From the NCBI GenBank assembly GCA_963760615.1, contig CAVXDX010000007.1, positions 40,982-104,981 of the forward strand: 64,000 nucleotides of DNA, in the 5' to 3' direction. The position numbers were made by a program, and so were the translations under genes. Positions 46,964-55,374 of this stretch are shown piece by piece. The DNA comes from an uncultured Candidatus Micrarchaeota archaeon. GTDB taxonomy: Archaea > Micrarchaeota > Micrarchaeia > Burarchaeales > Fermentimicrarchaeaceae. The stretch's first letter is position 1; every line of letters begins with the position of its first letter. Under the pieces are notes generated by a model. That model did not search any database. It worked only from the letters and a program-made list of their open reading frames with translations, and was not told the DNA's origin.

Positions 46964-47635
46964 TTAGCAGTACCGTAGATTGGAGTTAGTCCCTCCATGA
47001 CCCCAGTCCATGTGAACGTAGCTATAGACACGTGTACCTGTGTAGTCATACGGTTCCACCCAAGCTCCGCTTTGATTCGCTGCCCTAGCAAGGTTATTCC
47101 AGCCTGCACAAGTCCCATCAGTGTAAATATCTGCAGCATCGCCGTACACATGCCTGCTATTTGTTGCACCATCAACGGCTGCATTCCTTGCAGGATTTCT
47201 ATAAGCGCTTGAAACACTCATTGAGTGCCCATAATTAGTGCGAGTAGCCTCAAGTCCATTGAGGAGCGATTGTTTAATTATTGCCCAGCTATAATCACCA
47301 GTATTAAGTGAAGCAAAACTGAAATGGTCGCTATGCGCAGTTTGAGTAAAATCACTGCATGTTGGAATCCAACTTACACCATAAGTTTTATACTCTGCAA
47401 TAATAGTGTCCCTTACATCTCCGCAACTTGTTGTATTTCCACCACCTCCGCCTCCGCCACCGCCACCGCCGCCACCGCCTCCGCCGCCGCAGCCAAACAG
47501 GACTAGAGGTTTCATAATGCCATCACCTTTAACAATACTCATCATACAGGGCATACCGCTGACTAAGGTCGTGGCAGCAATCATCAGTAAAGAAGTGAAG
47601 AGTAGCATACGGATTGGCGTATGATATTTTCTCAT
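46964..47635 (-). CDS. Secreted Zn peptidase, M15A (D-Ala-D-Ala carboxypeptidase / peptidoglycan peptidase-like) with poly-Gly linker
   Basis: N-terminal signal peptide; SSAYRNPARN..VDGATNSRHVYGDAADI...YVHMD supplies the SxH-x6-D and H zinc ligands; GGAGGTG SD. Confidence 0.82.
   Translation of the reverse strand: MRKYHTPIRMLLFTSLLMIAATTLVSGMPCMMSIVKGDGIMKPLVLFGCGGGGGGGGGGGGGGGGGNTTSCGDVRDTIIAEYKTYGVSWIPTCSDFTQTAHSDHFSFASLNTGDYSWAIIKQSLLNGLEATRTNYGHSMSVSSAYRNPARNAAVDGATNSRHVYGDAADIYTDGTCAGWNNLARAANQSGAWVEPYDYTGTRVYSYVHMDWGHGGTNSNLRYC
47438..47488 (-). repeat. 17 consecutive Gly codons (mixed GGN)
   Basis: Forward strand TCC ACC ACC TCC GCC ... GCC, which is 17 x GGN on the minus strand. Confidence 0.95.
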
Positions 47636-47740
47636 AAGGACACCTCCAGTAATAGAGTAATTTACTATATATTTAAGCTTTTTGATTCCGTAGTTGGTAT
47701 ACGAATACGCATTAGCTATTTTGGCTTGAATATTTCAGTT

Positions 47741-48469
47741 TTAGACGACAGCGCCCACTACCGCGCCTATCGCATAGCCGAGAATTGCCGCAATCATGCC
47801 AATGAGCGCAAGCTCAAGTCCACTCTTCCACCATGTTCCAACCGTGAGTTCCGCCTTCACCGCTCCTGCAGCGAATAGCACAACTGCTGAGATTATTACC
47901 GACCAGATGACTGCAGTTGATACAGGAAGGAGTAAAAATGGGAGAATCGGAACAAACGAGCCGACTATGGCGGATACCCCGACAATCAAAGCATCCTTCA
48001 GCGGGTTCTCCTGCCCGCTTGGAAACAGCTTCAGCTCATCCTTCATCATAACGTCAATCCACCTCTTCCTGTCGGAAGTTATATTGTCAACCACTTTCTC
48101 AAGAATATTTCCCCTCAGCCCTTTCTCATGGAAGATGTCCCACACCTCCTGCCTCTCCAGCTCGGGCATCTCGTCAACCTCGTACTCCTCATTTTTAAGC
48201 TCGCTTTCATAGACTTCATTTGCAGCTTTTGATGAGGTGTAGCTCACTGCAAGCATGGAGATTGATTCGGCAAACAGCGCAGCTGCGCCTGCTATGAGGA
48301 TGATTTTTGGGTCCTTGCTTGCGCTTGCAACTGCGAGGACTACGCCTAGGGTGTTCACCAAGCCGTCCTGCCCCCCAAGGATGAGCTCGCGCATCTTCAT
48401 CTTTTCAAGCCGGTGCATCTCCCTTTCTTTTATCCTTCTTCTCAGCTCATTCCTATCACTTTCTTTCAT
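47741..48469 (-). CDS. VIT1/CCC1-family metal transporter
   Basis: ILGGQDGLV, AESISM..SY and ELKNEEYE.DEMPE.E..E motifs. Confidence 0.9.
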   Translation of the reverse strand: MKESDRNELRRRIKEREMHRLEKMKMRELILGGQDGLVNTLGVVLAVASASKDPKIILIAGAAALFAESISMLAVSYTSSKAANEVYESELKNEEYEVDEMPELERQEVWDIFHEKGLRGNILEKVVDNITSDRKRWIDVMMKDELKLFPSGQENPLKDALIVGVSAIVGSFVPILPFLLLPVSTAVIWSVIISAVVLFAAGAVKAELTVGTWWKSGLELALIGMIAAILGYAIGAVVGAVV

Positions 48470-48493
48470 AAAATCACTCGAAATGGTGCAGCA

Positions 48494-48793
48494 TCATATC
48501 TTATATATCTGCACATGGGGCACTTTTTGTATCTTTATTATGTCAGAATCCTTCACAAGCTTCATCCTCTTTGCAATGCCGGTTGCATTCTTCCCGACAA
48601 GGTTCATGGATGTTGCAGTACGCAACTCCTTCTCCACAGTTGCATCATCCGTCTCCTCCCCCTGGTAGAAGCTGGCGTATTTTTCAAGATTCAAAACAAG
48701 CTCGCCCTCCCTGAGGACTTTGCCTATCAGCTCTGCATCACATACTGCAACTATCTTCTCCTTTCCCTTTTTGAAGGTGCGCATCAGGAGCAT
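48494..48793 (-). CDS. DUF424-family protein
   Basis: VAVCDAELIGK, FYQGE and NLVGK..T..A motifs; archaeal-type. Confidence 0.85.
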   Translation of the reverse strand: MLLMRTFKKGKEKIVAVCDAELIGKVLREGELVLNLEKYASFYQGEETDDATVEKELRTATSMNLVGKNATGIAKRMKLVKDSDIIKIQKVPHVQIYKI

Positions 48794-48823
48794 AATAGTA
48801 TTCCAACGGAGCTATTTAAATTA

Positions 48824-50353
48824 TTACTTGACGTCTGTCCCGTAGGTGAATAGGAAGGAGCAGAAGAACAGCCAGCTGTACCAGAACAGCCAGAAGCCGC
48901 TTATCACATCATGTCGCATGAATGAGAGCACGGAAAACGAGAGCAGGACTAGGGAGAAAGTTGTCTCAGTTGCAGTTACCCTCAACGCGTCGATTACAGA
49001 ACGCCTCTGCTCGTTCTGCCTTGTCATTACGAACTTTGTCTTGAAGCCGAACAGGCCAACAAGCATTGCTTTCGCCCTCACTATAGCGGTGGCGAAGTTC
49101 AGGAAGAAGGCGAGCAAGCCCGATTTAAAGGAGCCGAAGTAAAGCCTGCCTCCAAGCACGACAAGTATTACTACCGACAGCATATAGCTCACCGCAACAA
49201 GCTTCATTTGCTCCGGGATAAGGACTTGGGAGTTCAGGCTTCTCAGGCTTATGTCGGTCAGCACGAAAATCACTCCGAGCACTGCGTAGAATATGAACAG
49301 TATGGAAAGATAGGCGTAGCCAAAAGTCTGGCTCAGGTAATGGATGCGCTTCTCATTGCTCAGTTTTGAGAAATTCTGAAGGAATTCCCTCAGTGTCCAC
49401 ATGTTTCCAATGGTGTACCTCCACTGCTGGGAGAGGAACATCTCGAAGCTCTCTATCGGTGCGCCGAAGGCGTATCTCTTCGATATGAATACTCCTCCCC
49501 TCCCGGCAAGATCAGCCTTGAACGCGAATGCCAAATCCTCTGTGGGTGAATTTGGGAACCCTCCGACAAGCTTCACCACCGACTTTCTGACAATGCCGCA
49601 GGAACCGCAGAACATAGGACTCCTGCAGAGGTTCCTGACAGTCTGCATGAAGCGGTAGAAGAACAGGTAATAAACATTGACTGCGTTTGCAAAGAAGCTC
49701 CCGGGAGCGAACTCCTTTATAGTTTGAACGAAGCCTGCCTCCTCATCAAGGAACGGCAGTGTTTCTTTTAGGAAGCTTGTGTCGGTGAGGCATTCATCAG
49801 CATCGAATATCGCGATGTATTCCTCGTCGACCATGTCAAGGAATTTGTTCATCACGTAGCTTTTGAGCTTCACAGGGTTTTCCATGTAAAGGTAATTAAC
49901 TCCTATTCCCTTGCAGAACTTTTCGAGCTGCCAGGATTTTTCAGTTGAATTATCCAGCAGGAATATCCTCAGCTTGTCATTGGGGTAGTCCACCTTCGTT
50001 ATTGACTCAATATTCCTCTTGACCATCTCTTCGTCTTCATTCCTTGTCGGCATCACTATGGCAACTGGCGGATACTTCCTTATTTTCTTGGGAGTGAATT
50101 TCTCAAGCCCATATGAGCGCAGGTAGTAGTAGCATCCGAACGTGTTGAATATGGTGTTTATTATAACAAGAGTTAGGAATAAGAATGCAAGGATTGTTTC
50201 TGGCAGCGTATTGACTATGAAAAGCAGCATGTAGACGCCGTAGTTGATTCCGCCAATAGACACGCCCATTATTGCAATTACGAGGGCCCAACGGATAGCC
50301 AAATCTCTATCCATGTTATCATTCCCTGATGTCATAAGTGTTTTGCCAGGCAC
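48824..50353 (-). CDS. Membrane GT2, cellulose-synthase-like (processive-type)
   Basis: PTRNED, FDADE, TEDL and QQWRY (QxxRW variant) motifs; 2 N-terminal and several C-terminal TM segments. Confidence 0.82.
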   Translation of the reverse strand: MPGKTLMTSGNDNMDRDLAIRWALVIAIMGVSIGGINYGVYMLLFIVNTLPETILAFLFLTLVIINTIFNTFGCYYYLRSYGLEKFTPKKIRKYPPVAIVMPTRNEDEEMVKRNIESITKVDYPNDKLRIFLLDNSTEKSWQLEKFCKGIGVNYLYMENPVKLKSYVMNKFLDMVDEEYIAIFDADECLTDTSFLKETLPFLDEEAGFVQTIKEFAPGSFFANAVNVYYLFFYRFMQTVRNLCRSPMFCGSCGIVRKSVVKLVGGFPNSPTEDLAFAFKADLAGRGGVFISKRYAFGAPIESFEMFLSQQWRYTIGNMWTLREFLQNFSKLSNEKRIHYLSQTFGYAYLSILFIFYAVLGVIFVLTDISLRSLNSQVLIPEQMKLVAVSYMLSVVILVVLGGRLYFGSFKSGLLAFFLNFATAIVRAKAMLVGLFGFKTKFVMTRQNEQRRSVIDALRVTATETTFSLVLLSFSVLSFMRHDVISGFWLFWYSWLFFCSFLFTYGTDVK

Positions 50354-50391
50354 TATTTAAATAATTGCTATTCTGAAGTTGCGGGAATTTT

Positions 50392-51048
50392 TCAGCTGGA
50401 TGCCAGCAGGAAGCTTATGGACTGCAGGAGAAGTTGCACATAGCGGAAAATCTTTTTTGCATAGTCTAGGATGCTCATTTCCTTCTGGATTGAATAATCG
50501 GCGGTAACTGGCAGCTGGCATATCCTTAGGTTCTTTCTCTTTGCCATGAACAGCATTTCCAAATCAATTTTGAATCCCTCACCATCCAAGCCTTTGAATT
50601 TGCTTTTCCTCAGCGCTCTAAGACCGTTAAGAGGGTCGCCGGCTTCAGGTATCTTCAGCGAAACAAATTTCACTATCACGAGGTTTGCAATCAGCCTGTG
50701 AAGAGGTATCTTAGAGTTTTTGAGGAAGCGATTGCCAATAACCAGGTCGCATCTTTTCAGCTCATCCACAAAGGCGGGTATGTATTCTGGGGAGAGCTGG
50801 TTATCCCCGTCTATAAGAACTACTTCCTCCGTCTTTGCAGCCCTCATGCCAGTCACAACAGCCTGGCTCTTACCCATGTTCCTGCCATGACGTATAACCT
50901 CAACCTTGAATTTCTTTGCAATGGAGTATGTTCTGTCAGTTGAACCGTCATCTACAACTATAATGCGCTCTGCTTTTTTTGTGAGCTTCTCAAGGAGCTT
51001 CCCTATGTTTTCCTCCTCGTTGTATGCCGGGACTATTACGGTGAACAT
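50392..51048 (-). CDS. GT2 glycosyltransferase, polyprenol-phosphate sugar synthase (DPM-like)
   Basis: VPAYNEEE, VDDGSTD, IDGDNQL, GNRF and DPLNGLRA motifs. Confidence 0.85.
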   Translation of the reverse strand: MFTVIVPAYNEEENIGKLLEKLTKKAERIIVVDDGSTDRTYSIAKKFKVEVIRHGRNMGKSQAVVTGMRAAKTEEVVLIDGDNQLSPEYIPAFVDELKRCDLVIGNRFLKNSKIPLHRLIANLVIVKFVSLKIPEAGDPLNGLRALRKSKFKGLDGEGFKIDLEMLFMAKRKNLRICQLPVTADYSIQKEMSILDYAKKIFRYVQLLLQSISFLLASS

Positions 51049-51049
51049 G

Positions 51050-53293
51050 TCAGCTACCTCGGTATATGTGGATGAACGAATTGTCATAAATTCTGTCTGA
51101 ATAGGCCAAATCCCTCAGCCTGCCATTGTCGTCAAGCACCATTAGGCTTATGTTATAGCCCTGCAGGTATCCCGTATCCGAGTTCTGGTAAAAGTTATAC
51201 TCTGCATAGAACTTGTCGCTTTGGGCATACTCCACGTATAAATCCGCAAGGACTTTCCTCTGCCCAACATAGGTTTCAATATGCCCGTATTCTGGGTTTA
51301 TTGCCACAGTGTCACTGGTTGACGTGAATTTGTCTATGAACTTCATGGGTTTCACGCACATATCGTTGGCGTAAACCCACTCGCACCATGTGGTGGTGCC
51401 TGAGAAGAGCACAGGCATGAAGAGAAGGTTGGCCAGTATGAACAGGAAGAAGACGGACATTACAAAAGAATCCTTCAGCTCCTCCCCGAATGTCAGTGGG
51501 AACAGGAAGGAGAGCATGATGGTGACAATGAGGTTTATCCTAAAGGCAACCAGTGCATTGGCGAGCACTGCGAGGACTAGGAGCAATGCTGCGAGCTGTA
51601 GCGGCTTTTTGACAACCCCAAATAAAGCGGTAATCAATGCTACTGGTATGAGGAACTGCAGGTCATAGACTATACCAATGAAGCCGTATGACACGAAATA
51701 GCCCCACAGGTTTGGCGCAGTCTCGTAGGGAAGGCCGTTTATCATGAACAAGGGCAGGTAGAAGATGAGCGAGAGGAATGATGCTGATACGAGCATCAGG
51801 GCGGCGTTCCTAATCCTCTTCCAGTCGATTTTGAAGAGCCCCATTGCGTATACGTACAGCGGGAAGAGCAGGATGACGGTTGGGTGAGCAGATAGGGCAA
51901 AGGAGAGGAAAACTGCCGATAGAATCTTCAGCACACTCTCTTTTCTGTCCATGAGGAGCAGTGACAGGTTCATAAGGAAGTAGGCCAGCACATGCAGCGT
52001 CACGGTGGATGAGAATATCATGACAAAGGCATGGGTTGCGAATATTGATGCTCCAGCAAGCCTCTCCTGCCACCTCTTGAACTTCCTGAAAAGCAGGTAG
52101 AGCGAAACCGAGTAGGCGAAAACTACCAGCAGATGGAAAGGCAGTCTTACCGATTCATAGCTGTACTGCCCAAGCAGGAGGGCTACCTGACTGGCTATTT
52201 GGAAGAAGACAGGCGGGTAGGTGAAGTTCCTGCCAAGATAGCTCAGCTGGTCGTAGTAGAATGTGCTGCCCTGTTCAAGAGTTGCCTGAACATTTCTGTA
52301 GTAGTATGCCCCCCACCAGTCCACAGGACCGAACCTGAGCATGAGTGCCGCTATGATCGCTGTGAATGCCACTCCAAATATCACCGCTTCCTTTCTAAGC
52401 GTTTTAGGAACATTCTGGGCAAGAGTTTGCCTGCTTTTGGACTTCCAAAGCAGTATCACCCCAAGTGCGAGCAGAAGCGGGACTAGCCATTCGCTGAAGC
52501 CAAGGTTGTTATGCAGCTGCATCTGCAGGGCAATTGCAGAGAGGGATGCACCGAAAAATATTAGGAAAGAGGTGAGCCAGTCAATTGAATGCCCCTTGTA
52601 CACCAGAAGGGCAATTGCAAGGGAGAGAAGAATATTCAGTGAATCAACGTAGGGAAACGGCGGGGCTTCGATGGAAACACTTTTTGTGTCTAAGGCCTTG
52701 CCGGCATAGCTGAACTCTATAGTATGCTGCCCGGGCTCCAGGCTCAGCTCCTCTGTTTTACGGGACTCGCTTACCCCATTCTGGAAGAGGTAGGTGGGGC
52801 GCAGCACAGGATTGCCGTCAACCTTAACCTCAAAATTCTTGTAGGCTGCATCATTCAGTTTTGAAGTGAAGTTTATGTCCAGTTTCACAGTCCTCTTATT
52901 TGCGGTTGCACTGAATTTCGCATCAATACTTTCTTGGGAGAAACTCCTGTTCACCCTATGGGAGTAGAAGCGGAGCTGGGATTCTCCGCAGAGAAGAATT
53001 GTTTGCGTATCGCTACCACAGCTCTCCATGCCAGCTTCTATGTTATTGTAGCCCTGCGTGAGGGTTTTATCAAAGGTCGCATTGCAGATATAGACTGAGC
53101 AGGGGTAGTTTTTGCTTGAGTATACTTCAAAATGCATTACATCTCCAGAGACATTCTTTGGGTATTCCACAAGGTAGAGCTCCTCGGGGTTTGGGATGTT
53201 GAACCAGTTGAAGGTCACCCAGTTCATCTTTTCTACCTGGTTGATCCAGGCAAGAATGAATACAATGAACAGGATTACTGCGATTCTTCTCAT
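51050..53293 (-). CDS. Large membrane protein with N-terminal extracellular domain and GT-C-like multi-TM region
   Basis: Signal/TM, about 190-aa beta-rich domain, then more than 10 TM segments. YYDQLSYLGRNFTYPP loop and C-terminal INPEYGHIETYVGQRKVLAD, reminiscent of the STT3 WWDYGHW...R...D region. Confidence 0.6.
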   Translation of the reverse strand: MRRIAVILFIVFILAWINQVEKMNWVTFNWFNIPNPEELYLVEYPKNVSGDVMHFEVYSSKNYPCSVYICNATFDKTLTQGYNNIEAGMESCGSDTQTILLCGESQLRFYSHRVNRSFSQESIDAKFSATANKRTVKLDINFTSKLNDAAYKNFEVKVDGNPVLRPTYLFQNGVSESRKTEELSLEPGQHTIEFSYAGKALDTKSVSIEAPPFPYVDSLNILLSLAIALLVYKGHSIDWLTSFLIFFGASLSAIALQMQLHNNLGFSEWLVPLLLALGVILLWKSKSRQTLAQNVPKTLRKEAVIFGVAFTAIIAALMLRFGPVDWWGAYYYRNVQATLEQGSTFYYDQLSYLGRNFTYPPVFFQIASQVALLLGQYSYESVRLPFHLLVVFAYSVSLYLLFRKFKRWQERLAGASIFATHAFVMIFSSTVTLHVLAYFLMNLSLLLMDRKESVLKILSAVFLSFALSAHPTVILLFPLYVYAMGLFKIDWKRIRNAALMLVSASFLSLIFYLPLFMINGLPYETAPNLWGYFVSYGFIGIVYDLQFLIPVALITALFGVVKKPLQLAALLLVLAVLANALVAFRINLIVTIMLSFLFPLTFGEELKDSFVMSVFFLFILANLLFMPVLFSGTTTWCEWVYANDMCVKPMKFIDKFTSTSDTVAINPEYGHIETYVGQRKVLADLYVEYAQSDKFYAEYNFYQNSDTGYLQGYNISLMVLDDNGRLRDLAYSDRIYDNSFIHIYRGS

Positions 53294-54541
53294 CTATCTG
53301 CACCTGTCAATAAATTCCCTCATTGCAACCGTCGCATAGGCGCCTGCCGGAAGCGAGAAGGTGAACTTTCCCATGCCCTCGGCATACTCAAACCTGAAGT
53401 CCTTGAGTTGAATGAACATGCACCTTCTGGAACCCTTTGAGCTTATCTCTGGGAATGAATGTATAAGGAAATCCTCTTTTTTTATACCTTCTTCCTCCAT
53501 GACTGCAGATTCGTATTTCCCAATGTAGCTGCTCTCGTAGCCTACAATTTCCAGCAAGGGAAAAAGCTCGCCTCTGCGCAGCTTCTCCTCAGCTTCTGCC
53601 GCACTTCCAGCTTTTTCAGTTCTCTCAGTATCTGGAAAGCCAAATGAATCCCTTCCGCAGACCGAATCTTCCGGCATGAGTGAGGCTCCCATCTCCGCGA
53701 TTCTCCTGCTCAACGCCTTGTTGAACATGTAGCTCTGGTAAGCATGCACAAACATAAGAGAAAGCCCTCTTGGTAGTTTCCTGAGGGCATTGACATAATC
53801 GTTTTGGTAGGAAGAGAGGTAGTTCAGGAGCGTTCTCTCGTACAGCAGATAGGGTGGAAAGTATTCCAGAGCTCTCTTGAAATCGCCATCAGCTGCGAGC
53901 TGTTTCCGAGCTTCCTTTGCCTCTGCCCTCTCCCCTTCATCCACATAGGTTAGGTAGCACATGACTGCCTCCTTGAAGTTGCCTGAGACTATAGCTTTCC
54001 CAACAAGGTGCGTGTTCTTTCTCATACTGCCGAACCTCTGCTCGCCAAAGTAGTTCGGGAAGAGCCCTTTCAAACTTTTATATATTTCTCTAACCTTCTC
54101 CTCGGAATCGGGGGCAAGCTCCCTGATAGATATTGTAAATCTATTGCCAAGCAAATCGCCAATTCTAAGCTTCTCCTTCGCCTTCCATGCACCATTTATT
54201 TTGATATCCTTTATGTGTATATTCAAGAGAGCAGGGTCTATCTTGAATGCACTTGCAAGCTGAGTCGTCACCGCATTCCTGTCCTTCACGCCCCCATAGC
54301 CGAACCTTTTCAGTCCGCAGTGAAACTTTCTCCCAATCTCTTTCAGAGCCTGCAGGGTATTCCAGTTCCTTTTCTGCAAAACGAAGTATGTGAAGTCACC
54401 CTCTTCTCCATGCTTCTCAAAAGACTTATCAAGCTCGAGAACTTCACCTTCCCTTGTTATCTCCTCCACTATGAAATCCTCTGGGCGGCTCTTCATAACG
54501 CCCCCGATGCCCTGAAGCTTTGAGAGGTATGTCAAATCCAT
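53294..54541 (-). CDS. truD: tRNA pseudouridine(13) synthase
   Basis: PEDFIVEE, GVKDRNAVTTQ, GNRFTI, PNYFGEQRFG and F.LPAGAYAT motifs. Confidence 0.95.
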   Translation of the reverse strand: MDLTYLSKLQGIGGVMKSRPEDFIVEEITREGEVLELDKSFEKHGEEGDFTYFVLQKRNWNTLQALKEIGRKFHCGLKRFGYGGVKDRNAVTTQLASAFKIDPALLNIHIKDIKINGAWKAKEKLRIGDLLGNRFTISIRELAPDSEEKVREIYKSLKGLFPNYFGEQRFGSMRKNTHLVGKAIVSGNFKEAVMCYLTYVDEGERAEAKEARKQLAADGDFKRALEYFPPYLLYERTLLNYLSSYQNDYVNALRKLPRGLSLMFVHAYQSYMFNKALSRRIAEMGASLMPEDSVCGRDSFGFPDTERTEKAGSAAEAEEKLRRGELFPLLEIVGYESSYIGKYESAVMEEEGIKKEDFLIHSFPEISSKGSRRCMFIQLKDFRFEYAEGMGKFTFSLPAGAYATVAMREFIDRCR

Positions 54542-54571
54542 ATTTAAGTGTTTCTCAATAAGATATAAAAT

Positions 54572-55372
54572 ATGGGTGAGTTGAGCAAGAAAAAGGGGTT
54601 CATATTCGATTTGGATGGAGTGGTTTACATTGGTGATACTCCAATAGAAGGTGCAGGAGAAACTCTTGCATGCCTCAGAGAAAAGAGGAAGAAAGTGCGC
54701 TTTCTTACGAATAATGCCAGTAAGAGTAGAAGAGATTATGCGAGGAAACTCAATGAGATGAGAATTGAATGTGATGAAGAGGAGGTTATTACGTCATCGT
54801 ACGGGGCGGCTATTTACCTCAAAGAGAAATACAAGAAAGGAAAGTGCGTTGTTATAGGTGAGGAAGGTCTCAAAAGTGAACTCGCTGAGCAGGGATTTGA
54901 AGTTGTAAGCGGAAGAGAAGGTGAAGATGCGAATTTTGTGGTGGTTGGCATAGACAGAAATTTTAATTATGTTAAACTCACAACTGCACTTAGGGCGGTT
55001 AAGAGCGGGGCAAGGTTCATTGCAACAAACCTTAATCCTTCTAAACCTAGCGAGGGGGGAATTTTGCCTGGCGCGGGAGCGATGGTTGCTGCCTTGGAGG
55101 TATGTTCTGGAGCAAAGCCGGAGGTAATTATTGGAAAACCAAACCCCATGCTATTCGATATTTGTATTAGGAGTATGCAGATTAGAAAGGAAGAAGTCGC
55201 AACAGTTGGAGATGTTGTGGATGTGGATATCGTTGGTAGCAACAGACTCCACCTTTACAGTATACTCGTCCTAACCGGCATCGCGAAGAAAGAAGATTTG
55301 AAAAACCTGAACGGGGAGATGAAACCAAACCTTATTTTGAATTCAATTGCTGAGCTGAGAGAGCTTATCTGA
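54572..55372 (+). CDS. HAD-IIA hydrolase (NagD-like)
   Basis: FDLDGV, LTNNAS, GKPNP and VGD...DI motifs. Confidence 0.92.
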   Translation: MGELSKKKGFIFDLDGVVYIGDTPIEGAGETLACLREKRKKVRFLTNNASKSRRDYARKLNEMRIECDEEEVITSSYGAAIYLKEKYKKGKCVVIGEEGLKSELAEQGFEVVSGREGEDANFVVVGIDRNFNYVKLTTALRAVKSGARFIATNLNPSKPSEGGILPGAGAMVAALEVCSGAKPEVIIGKPNPMLFDICIRSMQIRKEEVATVGDVVDVDIVGSNRLHLYSILVLTGIAKKEDLKNLNGEMKPNLILNSIAELRELI

Positions 55373-55374
55373 AA

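Noticed and set aside
47438-47488. GCC/ACC/TCC triplet run as a possible contingency microsatellite
   Set aside because: The codons are mixed, and unit changes would stay in frame. It is a poly-Gly linker rather than a phase-variation tract.
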